Origin: Rhodocyclaceae bacterium
Lineage (GTDB): Bacteria > Pseudomonadota > Gammaproteobacteria > Burkholderiales > Rhodocyclaceae
Reading direction: 5' to 3'
DNA: 64,000 nt
Assembly: GCA_034004665.1 (NCBI GenBank)
Contig: JAVEWF010000001.1
Location: 5,134-69,133, forward strand
Shown here: in pieces, positions 1 to 12,136 of the stretch
Layout of the letters: every line of letters starts with the position of its first letter
How positions within the stretch are numbered: position 1 is the first letter of the stretch
Notes under the pieces: model-generated
What the model was told of the DNA's origin: nothing
The model's database searches: none
Seen by the model: only the letters and a program-made list of their open reading frames with translations
Made by a program: the position numbers and the translations under genes

Positions 1-848
1 GGCAGGCCGGCCCGGGTATAGGTGTTCCACGGCGTATCGGCTTCGAGGTCGCGCTTCCGCAGATTGCCGTCGAATCGCTCACCGAGGCCGTAGATCACGC
101 TCGGATCGGTCTGCAGGCGCATGCCCCGCTTCAGCCGATTGACGAACACCGAGGCGACCTTGCCGCGATCGGCGGCCAGCCCGGTCTCCTTTTCCACGAT
201 CGAGGCCATGATCAGGGCCTCGTAGGGATTGGCATAGGGAATCGTGCCATCCCGCCGGTCCCAGGCCTCGACCAGCCGGCGCTGCATGGCCTCGTAGGCG
301 CGACGGTAGATCGCCAGGTCGCTCGACTGGCGGGCGAACAGGTAGGTATCGGGGAAGAACAGGCCTTCCGGACGGGTTTCCGCGGCACCGATGCGCTGCA
401 GGATCTCCGCATCGGTCAAGCCTGCCGTGTCGTGCCGCAGGTCCGGGCTGGCATCGATCCGGAGGCGTAATTCGCGGAAAGTCTTCCCTTCCACGATGAC
501 GAATGCGGCCTGCGTGACGTCGCCGGCCGTCAGTTTTTCGAGCAGCTGCCATGCCGTCACGCCGGGACCGACTTCGTAGCTGCCGGCCTGGATGTTGCGG
601 TCATGGCCGGTCAGGCGGCCCAGCAACACGAAGCGCCACGGGACGATGCCCACGCCGGCCCTGGCCATCGTCCGCGTGGCTGCCTTGAAATTGCTGCCGG
701 CCGGAATTTCGAAATCGAGGCGGCCGTCGGCATTGAGTTCGAGCGGAACGGCCGCAGATGCGAACCACGCCAGCCAGCCGACGAATCCCAGCCCGGCCAG
801 CAGGCAGAACCCGGCCGCCAGCAGCAGTCTTTTGAATGTGCGCTTCAT
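1..848 (-). CDS. mltG: Endolytic transglycosylase MltG (3' end runs off window; not in ORF track)
   Basis: Manual translation from ATG at 848: MKRTFKRLLLAAGFCLL (TM), then EGLFFPDTY, ASIVEKET and GMRLQTDPSVIYG...TPWNTY, all YceG/MltG motifs. Confidence 0.95.
   Translation of the reverse strand, partial: MKRTFKRLLLAAGFCLLAGLGFVGWLAWFASAAVPLELNADGRLDFEIPAGSNFKAATRTMARAGVGIVPWRFVLLGRLTGHDRNIQAGSYEVGPGVTAWQLLEKLTAGDVTQAAFVIVEGKTFRELRLRIDASPDLRHDTAGLTDAEILQRIGAAETRPEGLFFPDTYLFARQSSDLAIYRRAYEAMQRRLVEAWDRRDGTIPYANPYEALIMASIVEKETGLAADRGKVASVFVNRLKRGMRLQTDPSVIYGLGERFDGNLRKRDLEADTPWNTYTRAGL
552..575 (-). repeat. 24-bp motif copy (1 core mismatch), in mltG
   Basis: Minus strand reads gaagtcgg-tcccggcgt-gacggca; encodes EVGPGVTA. 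Confidence 0.45.
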
Positions 849-900
849 GGAAGGCGGCTATGATAGCCTCAAGCTGCCCCCTTCTTTTCACGGAATCCGC

Positions 901-1782
901 ATGAACGATACCCTCCGAACCATCCCGCTTTCCGACCAGGGCCTGATCCGCGCCAGTGGCGAGGACGCCACCCAGTTCCTGAACAATCTGCTGACGAACG
1001 ACATCCTGCATCTGGCCGAAGGAACCGCGCGGCATGCCGGCCTATGCACGCCGAAGGGCCGCCTGATCGCGAGCTTCCTGATCTGGCGCGAGGGCAGCGA
1101 CTACCTCCTTCAGCTGTCGGCGGACATCCTGCCCGCGATTCTCAAGAAACTCTCGATGTACGTGCTGCGCAGCAAGGTCAGGCTTGCGGATATATCCGCC
1201 GACCGTGCGCTGATCGGCGTGCTGGGTGGCAATGCCGGTCCGGAGGCCCCCATGACGTCCGCGCCCTTCGAGGGCGGGACCGCGATCCGTCTCGATGCCG
1301 AGCGCAGCGTGCTGGCCATTCCGGCCGACCGGGCGGCCGCCGTGCAAGGCACCTCCGGGTCTTTCGCGGACTGGCATCTCGCCGAGATCAGGGCGGGCAT
1401 TCCGCGCATCACGGCCGCGACGCAGGAGCTGTTCACGCCCCAGATGGTCAATTACGAGCTGCCGGCCGTCGGCGGCGTCAGTTTCCAGAAGGGCTGCTAC
1501 CCCGGCCAGGAGATCGTGGCCCGCACCCAGTATCTCGGCAAGGTGAAGCGCCGCATGGTCCGTTGCCGGCTCGACGCAATGGTCGCCCCGGGCACCGACG
1601 TCTTCACGCCGGAAGCCGGCGACCAGCACTGCGGCGCCGTAGTGCTCGCCGCCCCCGTCGCGGACGGTTGCGAATGCCTGCTGGTGGTCCAGTCGTCCGG
1701 TGCCGAGGCCGGCGAAGTTCATGTCGGTGCGCCCGGCGGCCCGAAAGCGCAACTGCTGACCCTGCCTTACGCCGTCGACTAG
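901..1782 (+). CDS. ygfZ: Folate-binding Fe-S cluster repair protein YgfZ
   Basis: KGCYPGQE signature and GcvT-like N-terminus; ATG at 901 preferred because the longer ORF overlaps mltG. Confidence 0.93.
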   Translation: MNDTLRTIPLSDQGLIRASGEDATQFLNNLLTNDILHLAEGTARHAGLCTPKGRLIASFLIWREGSDYLLQLSADILPAILKKLSMYVLRSKVRLADISADRALIGVLGGNAGPEAPMTSAPFEGGTAIRLDAERSVLAIPADRAAAVQGTSGSFADWHLAEIRAGIPRITAATQELFTPQMVNYELPAVGGVSFQKGCYPGQEIVARTQYLGKVKRRMVRCRLDAMVAPGTDVFTPEAGDQHCGAVVLAAPVADGCECLLVVQSSGAEAGEVHVGAPGGPKAQLLTLPYAVD

Positions 1783-2540
1783 TGTGCCTGATCCTTGTCG
1801 CGTGGCAGGCGCACCCGGACTACCCCTTGGTGGTCGCCGCCAACCGCGACGAGTTCCATGCGCGCCGTAGCGCTGCCGCCGACTTCTGGACCGACGATTC
1901 CCGCATTCTCGCCGGCCGCGACCTGGAAGCCGGAGGCACCTGGCTGGGGCTGTCGCGTCATGGCCGGTTTGCAGCACTGACCAACTACCGCGACCCGACC
2001 CGCCATCGTCCCGATGCCCCCTCGCGTGGCGGGCTGGTGGCCGGCTTCCTCGGAGGCGACCCGGGGATCGACGACTATCTGGATGCCCTGACCCCCGCCG
2101 ACTACAACGGCTTCAACCTGCTGCTGCACGAGGCTGGCCGGCTCGTCGCCTTCAGCAATGTTTCCATGGAAAGACATGAGCTTGCGCCCGGCGTCTACGG
2201 ACTGTCCAACGCCCTGCTCGATACGCCCTGGCCAAAAGTCGGCGCCGGCAAGACGGCGCTCGAAGCCGCGCTGGCGGCCCTGCCGGACGATACCGGGCTC
2301 TGGCGACTGCTGCGCGACGATACGGTCCATCCCGATCACGCGCTCCCCGCCACCGGCGTGCCGCCCGAATGGGAACGGCTGCTCTCGGCCGCCTTCATCC
2401 GCAGCCCCGGCTACGGCACGCGCTGTTCGACGGTCGTAAAAGTCGGTGACGACGGGACGGCAGAATTCGAGGAGCGAGCCTGGCAGCCGGACGGGCAGTC
2501 TGGCGGCCGGCACGCTTACCGGCTGACGTTCAGCCGCTGA
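1782..2540 (+). CDS. NRDE/TANGO2 family protein
   Basis: GTG overlaps the ygfZ stop; (M)CLILVAW...AANRDEF, GGTWLG, YGTRCST. Confidence 0.9.
   Translation: MCLILVAWQAHPDYPLVVAANRDEFHARRSAAADFWTDDSRILAGRDLEAGGTWLGLSRHGRFAALTNYRDPTRHRPDAPSRGGLVAGFLGGDPGIDDYLDALTPADYNGFNLLLHEAGRLVAFSNVSMERHELAPGVYGLSNALLDTPWPKVGAGKTALEAALAALPDDTGLWRLLRDDTVHPDHALPATGVPPEWERLLSAAFIRSPGYGTRCSTVVKVGDDGTAEFEERAWQPDGQSGGRHAYRLTFSR
2235..2258 (+). repeat. 24-bp motif copy, in NRDE gene
   Basis: aaagtcgg-cgccggcaa-gacggcg; encodes KVGAGKTA. Confidence 0.85.
2439..2462 (+). repeat. 24-bp motif copy, in NRDE gene
   Basis: aaagtcgg-tgacgacgg-gacggca; encodes KVGDDGTA. Confidence 0.75.
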
Positions 2541-3008
2541 TGTCCACCGGCGTGAGGGCCGGCACGAGGTCGAACAGCTCGACGATATCGTCGTTCCGCA
2601 TGCGGATGCAGCCGATCGAGCCCGGGGTGCCCATCGGCACGGTGTCCGGGCTGCCGTGGATGTAGATGTAGCGCCGCATGGTGTCCACGCAGCCGAGCCG
2701 GTTCCGGCCGGGCTCGCAGCCGGACAGCCACAGGATGCGGGTAAGGATCCAGTCGCGGCCGGGAAATGCTGCCGCCAGTTCCGGGGTCCAGATCTCGCCC
2801 GTCGGCCGGCGTCGCACGAACACCGTGTTCGCCGTCGCGCCGGCGCCGACTTTCGCCCGGACGAGGTGACGGCCGCGCGGCGTGCAATAGCTGCCGTTCT
2901 GCTCCCCTGCGCCTTTCGCCGCGGTCGAGACGAGGTAGCGCCGCACAAGTTGCCCGTCGTCGCCGAACAGTTCCAGCGTCTGGTCGGGAATGCGGATGGC
3001 GATGCGCA

Positions 3009-3009
<1 letters not shown>
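2530..3009 (-). CDS. L,D-transpeptidase (YkuD family)
   Basis: IYIHGS...GSIGCIRM catalytic motif; ATG at 3009 coupled to the tadA stop. Confidence 0.88.
2830..2853 (-). repeat. 24-bp motif copy, in L,D-transpeptidase gene
   Basis: Minus strand reads aaagtcgg-cgccggcgc-gacggcg; encodes KVGAGATA. Confidence 0.8.
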
Positions 3010-4160
<1,151 letters not shown>

Positions 4161-5408
4161 TTAAGCCTCTTTGCCGATCGCGTTCGCCCACGTCATGGCA
4201 TCGATTTCGGCCCGCGTCAGCTGGTCGAGCGTGACGTCGAGGCGGGTCAGCTGCACATTCAGGCAGGCGGTATCGCAGCATTCGACGCACTCCATCAGCC
4301 GCAGCAGCTCGCCGAGGCGGCCCGAGCGGTCGAGCAATGCACCGCGGATCGGGTCGGCCAGGTGCAGCTCATCGACGATGCGTGTCATGGGGATGTCGAG
4401 GGCCACATCAAGCAGCGAGATCATGCCGGTCATGAAGGCCTGGTCGGTGAGGTCGGCGCTCGCGACATCGCCGGCGGCGAGAAGTTCCATGAAACGCCCG
4501 CGACAGGCAGCCATGACCGAGAGCGGATCGGGAAATCCCTGGCCGTCGCGATGGGCGAACAGCAGCAGCGACAGCCAGCGCTGCAGCTGACGGCGTCCCA
4601 TCAGCAGCACCGCCTGATGGACCGAGCCGATGCGCGTGCGCATGCCCATCGCCACGGAATTGACGAGGCGCAGCAGGTTGTAGGTGAGCTTCGAGTCTTC
4701 CTTGAAGACCGCCTCGATGCGGGCAACCTCCGCATCGCTGTAGAGCAGCTGCGACAGGCGCAGCATCTGCTGACGGGCCGGATCGATGTGCCGACCGCTC
4801 ATCACCTCGGGATGGGCGAAGTAGTAGCCCTGGAAGTGATCGAAACCGAGCCGGCGGCAAGTCTCGAACTGCTGCCGGGTTTCGACCTTCTCCGCCACCA
4901 GGGTGACGTTCAGCGGGCGCAACTGCTCGACCAGCTTGGCCAGCGATGCCTCGGGAACGTCGATCAGGTCGACCTTGACATAGCTGACGTAGGGCAGGAT
5001 CGGCTGGAGGGCGGGCTCCAGGGCCGTGATGTCGTCCAGGGCGAGACGGTAGCCTTTCGCATGCAGCTGGCGGCAGCACTCGATCGCCTCCTCGTTGAAT
5101 TGCGTCGTCTCGAGCAGTTCGAGAACGATGCGCTCCGAAGGCAGGATGTCGACGATGTCGCAGCTGAGCAGGGCCGGGTCCAGGTTGATGAAGCCCAGCG
5201 CATCGCCGACGACCGCCTGGATGCCGAGTTCGCTGAAGGCCCGCGCGATGACCTGGAGGGTGGCGCGGTGGTCGTCGATGACGTGGGCGGCATTGACGTC
5301 GCCCGAACGGAACAGCAACTCGTAGGCGTGGATGTCGCCATTGCGGTCGAGGATCGGCTGGCGCCCGAGGAAGAAATGCGTGGCGGCGGGATCAGAAGAT
5401 TTCGGCAA
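4161..5408 (-). CDS. EAL + HDOD domain protein (YuxH/PdeH-like)
   Basis: GRQPI...YELLFR, LALDD, YVKVD, AEKVET, FQGYYF, then HDOD (LLRLVNS); TTG start uncertain. Confidence 0.88.
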   Translation of the reverse strand: MPKSSDPAATHFFLGRQPILDRNGDIHAYELLFRSGDVNAAHVIDDHRATLQVIARAFSELGIQAVVGDALGFINLDPALLSCDIVDILPSERIVLELLETTQFNEEAIECCRQLHAKGYRLALDDITALEPALQPILPYVSYVKVDLIDVPEASLAKLVEQLRPLNVTLVAEKVETRQQFETCRRLGFDHFQGYYFAHPEVMSGRHIDPARQQMLRLSQLLYSDAEVARIEAVFKEDSKLTYNLLRLVNSVAMGMRTRIGSVHQAVLLMGRRQLQRWLSLLLFAHRDGQGFPDPLSVMAACRGRFMELLAAGDVASADLTDQAFMTGMISLLDVALDIPMTRIVDELHLADPIRGALLDRSGRLGELLRLMECVECCDTACLNVQLTRLDVTLDQLTRAEIDAMTWANAIGKEA

Positions 5409-6408
5409 GATCCTCTCCGAAGGCGATGACCCGGTCGTAACCTTCGTGCCGCGTCAGGAACAAGGCAAGGTTGAGGCTCTGCATAAGCTCCTCGTACGTC
5501 CTGCCGTGATGCGGGAACGCCGACAGCCCCGCCGACAGGGTGGCGCTGACGCTGCCTGATTCGCCATCGATCCGGAGGGCGGCGAAACGGCACCGGACGT
5601 CCTCGGCCCAGCTGCGGGCGGTTTCGATCTGCATGCCGGGCAGGACCACGAGGAACTCGTCGCTGCCCAGCCGGCCGACGCCGGCGGCCGGCGGCAAAGC
5701 AGCGCGCAGGATGGACGCGGCGGCCTTCAGGACGGCATCGCCGCTGGCGTGGCCGTGGCCTTCATTGATGCCCTTGAGCTGGTCGATATCGACGATGGTC
5801 AGCGCCAGCGAGTCGTCGTCCGCCGTTGCCCGGGCCAATGCCGCCATGCAGAATTCCTCGATATGACGACGGTCGAGCACGCCGGTAAGCGGGTCGCAGG
5901 CGTGCATGGCGGCAATTTCCCGTTGCAGGGCCCTGATTTCCTGCAACTGCAGTTGCAGCTCCGCATTGCGTTGCTCGAGTTCGGTGGATTGTTCGCGCAG
6001 GCGGCGCTCGCGCATCACGGCGGTCGTCACGTCCTGGATGTGGAGCACGCAGGCGGGCATGCCGGCCAGGTAGACGGGCGTGACATGGATCATCTGCCAC
6101 AGCCGGCGGTCCTGTTCGCGATCGGAGGCATTACGGTAGAGCGGCAGCGGCGGCGATTGCAGTGAGGGCGACACGAGACCCGCCAGACGATGCGTCAGCG
6201 CCATCGAAACCGCCGAACCCAGCCGGTTCGCGGCGATCCCGGGGAAGAGGTCGAAGAGGTGCCGGCCGATGGCCTGTTCACCGGGTATGCCGCCGAATTC
6301 GGCCATCCAGCCGTTCCAGACCAGTACGCTCCCGCTCGCATCGAGGACGATGACGCCGCCGGTGACGGCATCGAGCACGACCGAGCGGAGGCCGACGTTG
6401 ATATCCAT
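5392..6408 (-). CDS. PAS + GGDEF protein with variant GSDEF active-site motif
   Basis: WNGWMA PAS start; DPLTG, DIDQLKGINEGHGHASGD, GRLGSDEF; ATG at 6408. Confidence 0.85.
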   Translation of the reverse strand: MDINVGLRSVVLDAVTGGVIVLDASGSVLVWNGWMAEFGGIPGEQAIGRHLFDLFPGIAANRLGSAVSMALTHRLAGLVSPSLQSPPLPLYRNASDREQDRRLWQMIHVTPVYLAGMPACVLHIQDVTTAVMRERRLREQSTELEQRNAELQLQLQEIRALQREIAAMHACDPLTGVLDRRHIEEFCMAALARATADDDSLALTIVDIDQLKGINEGHGHASGDAVLKAAASILRAALPPAAGVGRLGSDEFLVVLPGMQIETARSWAEDVRCRFAALRIDGESGSVSATLSAGLSAFPHHGRTYEELMQSLNLALFLTRHEGYDRVIAFGEDLAEIF

Positions 6409-7028
6409 CAGCCGATCCCCTGCTGTGAGAGAAAACGGTCGATGCTGTCGAGCATAGACTGCAGAGAGGTCACGCTGAGCAAAAACAGCATGTGGCCGTC
6501 GATCGATTGCTTGCGAATCCGCAGGTCGACCTGTACCAGCAGGATGATCGGCGCCTGTTCCTGGACTTCGCCGAGCAGGTCGAGCGTCCGGCGCTCCGCA
6601 TAGCGGTAGTGCGGCAGGGAACCCTCGAACGCGATGCCCAGCAGGTCGGCCAGGGCACTGATGCAGGCGTTGAGGATGATGTTGCCCACCTCGCACATCG
6701 CCTCCTGCTCGAATTCGGACAAGTGCTCGGGCGCGACCATGCCCTCGAGCATGTGGCTGACGATGACGAGGGCGTTCTTTTCGGGGAAGACCAGCATCGC
6801 CCGCGCATCGAAGGGACCGCTGAAATCCTGCGAGACGAGGCTCAGCTGGTCGAGCTCGGAGACGAACAGTCGTTCGCGCACGCCTTCGGGCGTCAGAAAC
6901 AGGACTTGCGGCGCCGAGAGCTCCACTTCGTCGCGGACGATCTGGCTCAGGCTGGCGGCCGCCCTGCCGACTCCGATATTGAAGATTTCGGCGAGGGCAT
7001 CGCGCTGCAGTTCGTTGACCTCATGCAT
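6408..7028 (-). CDS. CheC-like phosphatase
   Basis: Two ExxN motifs (DALAEIFNIG and EAMCEVGNII); ATG at 7028 overlaps the end of the upstream gene. Confidence 0.85.
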   Translation of the reverse strand: MHEVNELQRDALAEIFNIGVGRAAASLSQIVRDEVELSAPQVLFLTPEGVRERLFVSELDQLSLVSQDFSGPFDARAMLVFPEKNALVIVSHMLEGMVAPEHLSEFEQEAMCEVGNIILNACISALADLLGIAFEGSLPHYRYAERRTLDLLGEVQEQAPIILLVQVDLRIRKQSIDGHMLFLLSVTSLQSMLDSIDRFLSQQGIG

Positions 7029-7413
7029 GGGCGACGCCACGCCTTTCGAAGAACTCGATCATGTCGGCAATCGATTTTTCGCTGATCGGTTTGGGGACGA
7101 AATGCAGTCCGGCCCGTTCGGCACTCTGGCGTACGCTGTCCTGCACATTCGCGGTACAGAGCGCGATGGCGATGCAGGGATAGTTGAGACGCAGGCGCCC
7201 GGCCGCTTCGAGCCCGCTCATGCCGGGCATGTTGACGTCGAGGGTGATGTAATCGGGAACGTCGGCTTCGACCATCGCCAGCGCCTCGTCGCCGCTCGCT
7301 GCATCCTTGCAGTACCAGCCGGGACGCAGGTTGGACACGATGCCGCGGATCAGCATGCGCGAAGTGCGACTGTCGTCGACGATCAGCAGGAAGGGGCGGG
7401 CAGCCTCGTTCAT
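7021..7413 (-). CDS. Single-domain response regulator (CheY-like)
   Basis: LIVDDS, TLDVNMPGMSG, CTA, FVPKP. Confidence 0.9.
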   Translation of the reverse strand: MNEAARPFLLIVDDSRTSRMLIRGIVSNLRPGWYCKDAASGDEALAMVEADVPDYITLDVNMPGMSGLEAAGRLRLNYPCIAIALCTANVQDSVRQSAERAGLHFVPKPISEKSIADMIEFFERRGVAHA

Positions 7414-7449
7414 GGCGAAATTCCGAAAGTGGCTATTTTAGCCTTTAGA

Positions 7450-7481
7450 AATAGAAAGGCGACCGGAATGTCCGGTCGCCT
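7450..7481 (-). terminator. Intrinsic terminator of ppdK
   Basis: 11-bp stem aggcgaccgga/tccggtcgcct followed by a T-rich tail on the minus strand. Confidence 0.75.
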
Positions 7482-7502
7482 CGCAGGATGTGGCGGAATT
7501 TC

Positions 7503-10301
<2,799 letters not shown>

Positions 10302-10400
10302 GTCCAGCTCCCTTTCTTAATTAGAATGTAATCCTTTCATGCTGCATAGCAGCAGAGCCCGATAAGATATCAAATCGCGGCCATTTTCGGGAGTTTTTGT

Positions 10401-11303
10401 ATGTGGTTCAGGAATCTGCGTCTCTACCGTCTCCAACGTGGCCTCAAGCTCGATCTCGCCGCATTCGAAGCCTTGCTGGCGAAGCGTCCCCTCGCCCGTT
10501 GCGGCAGCTTCGAGATGGCCAGCCGGGGCTGGGTTTTCCCGCGCCAGGAGGGTGCTTTCGTCCATGCGGTCGAGCGCCAGTGGCTGCTGGCGCTCGGCGT
10601 CGAACAGAAACTGCTGCCGACGACCGTGATCCGCCAGACCGCGCAGGAACGCGCCGCCGCCATCGAAGCCGAACAGGGCCGCAAGGTCGGCCGCAAGGAA
10701 ATGCGCGATCTCGTCGAACGCGTGACGGAAGAACTGATGCCGAAGGCCTTTTCACAGCGGCGCACCACCTGGGCCTGGCTCGATCCGGTGAGTGGCTGGC
10801 TGGTCGTCGATGCCGGCTCGGATGCCCGTGCCGACGAATTCATGGAAACGCTGCTGGGAACCGTCGACGGCATCGCGCCACGACCACTGCAGACCCAGGT
10901 TTCGCCCATGTCGGCGATGACCGGCTGGCTGAGCGACAACGAGGCACCGGCCGGTTTCACCATCGACAGCGATCTCGAACTGCGCGCGGCCAGCGAATCG
11001 CAATCGGCGATCCGCTACGTCCACCACGACATTGACGGCCCGGAAATTGCCGCCCACATCGCCGCCGGCAAGCTGGTCACGAAGCTCGGCATGACCTGGA
11101 ACGACCGGATCTCCTTCGTCCTGACCGACAAGCTGCACCTGAAGCGGCTGGCCTTCCTCGACGTGCTCAAGGAGCAGGCGGAACAGTCGGCCGAAGGCGC
11201 GGACGAACAGTTCGATGCCGATTTCGCGCTCATGGCCGGCGAACTGGCGCACCTGTTCGCCGACCTGCTTGTCGCGCTGGGCGGGGAAATGAAGCCGGAG
11301 TAA
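10401..11303 (+). CDS. rdgC: Recombination-associated protein RdgC
   Basis: MWFRNLRLYRL start, KLLP, GKLVTKLGMTWNDRISFVL, FDADFALM. Confidence 0.95.
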   Translation: MWFRNLRLYRLQRGLKLDLAAFEALLAKRPLARCGSFEMASRGWVFPRQEGAFVHAVERQWLLALGVEQKLLPTTVIRQTAQERAAAIEAEQGRKVGRKEMRDLVERVTEELMPKAFSQRRTTWAWLDPVSGWLVVDAGSDARADEFMETLLGTVDGIAPRPLQTQVSPMSAMTGWLSDNEAPAGFTIDSDLELRAASESQSAIRYVHHDIDGPEIAAHIAAGKLVTKLGMTWNDRISFVLTDKLHLKRLAFLDVLKEQAEQSAEGADEQFDADFALMAGELAHLFADLLVALGGEMKPE

Positions 11304-11310
11304 GGCAACG

Positions 11311-11334
11311 AGCCGTCCTGCCGGCGCCGACTTT
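11311..11334 (-). repeat. 24-bp motif copy; part of left direct repeat of insert
   Basis: Plus strand reads agccgtc-ctgccggcg-ccgacttt. Confidence 0.85.
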
Positions 11335-11466
11335 TTGGTTCAGCTTTCCCGATTAATTCTAGTGCCGAGCGTCTGCTGTTCTTAACCAGGCAATATCCGC
11401 TTCGGGTCGGTAGTCGTCTGTCGATATTGGTAGGATGCAAGCAATCTCTTGATTCATCCATAGTCC

Positions 11467-11796
11467 ATGCAGCATTTACCCCCTGCATCTCGCCTTCGAG
11501 TAGATAAGTCGAAAATCGTCGAGTATCTATTGAGTATTTCGAATGGTCATGGCAAGGCCTCCTTCTTTCTCGGGTTCGGATTTCAACCAGAGGCATGAGA
11601 AGAAATGGCCGAGGCTATAAAGCAGCAAGCTCGTCACAACCCTGTGACCGCTGCAGTTGATTCCCCATACGGTACTCGCTACAGTGTCGATGGAGAGTTG
11701 GTGACACCGAGCGGCAGATGTCCGAAAGTGCGAACTGTGTGGATACGTGAAACCGATTCCGATGAGTTGCGTTTGATTACAGCTCACCCGATCTAG
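11467..11796 (+). pseudogene. DUF6883-like toxin-domain gene with in-frame TGA at 11596-11598
   Basis: MQHLPPASRLRVDKSKIVEYLLSISNGHGKASFFLGFGFQPEA*EEMAEAIKQQA...SPYGTRY...VRTVWI...LRLITAHP reads in one frame across the stop. Confidence 0.7.
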
Positions 11797-11806
11797 GAGG
11801 CACCAC

Positions 11807-12037
11807 GTGATTACCGAACATGCGGCAGTTGTATTGACCGAAAACATTCCAGCATCCGGCCTTGAGGCTGGGGATGTGGGTGTCGTCGTGCATGTCCATG
11901 ACCAGGGGAAAGCCTACGAGGTTGAGTTCATGTCCCTTGATGGCGGAACGGTCGCCATCCAGACGCTCGAAGCTCGGCAGGTTCGGGAAGCTCGAAACCG
12001 CGACATCCCGCATGTACGGGAACTGCTGGCCGCTTGA
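11807..12037 (+). CDS. DUF4926-like protein (putative immunity/antitoxin)
   Basis: aggagg RBS then GTG; VVLTENIPASGLEAGDVGVVVHVH...AYEVEFMSLDGGT pattern. Confidence 0.8.
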   Translation: MITEHAAVVLTENIPASGLEAGDVGVVVHVHDQGKAYEVEFMSLDGGTVAIQTLEARQVREARNRDIPHVRELLAA

Positions 12038-12106
12038 TTAACGAAAATGAGGGGGCAGCCCAGTCTGTCTCCTGTTTCGGGAATTGAAACCCCAATAGCG
12101 GTCTGG

Positions 12107-12130
12107 CGCCGTCCCGTCGGCGCCGACTTT
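12107..12130 (-). repeat. 24-bp motif copy in hairpin downstream of cphA
   Basis: Plus strand reads cgccgtc-ccgtcggcg-ccgacttt followed by more T. Confidence 0.85.
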
Positions 12131-12136
12131 TTTCGT

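Noticed and set aside
11596-11598. In-frame TGA as selenocysteine or programmed readthrough
   Set aside because: No evident SECIS-like hairpin or redox motif; a TGG to TGA nonsense change is simpler
12075-12090. gtttcgggaattgaaac resembles the end of a CRISPR repeat (ATTGAAAC)
   Set aside because: Single copy, no spacer periodicity and no cas genes in the window
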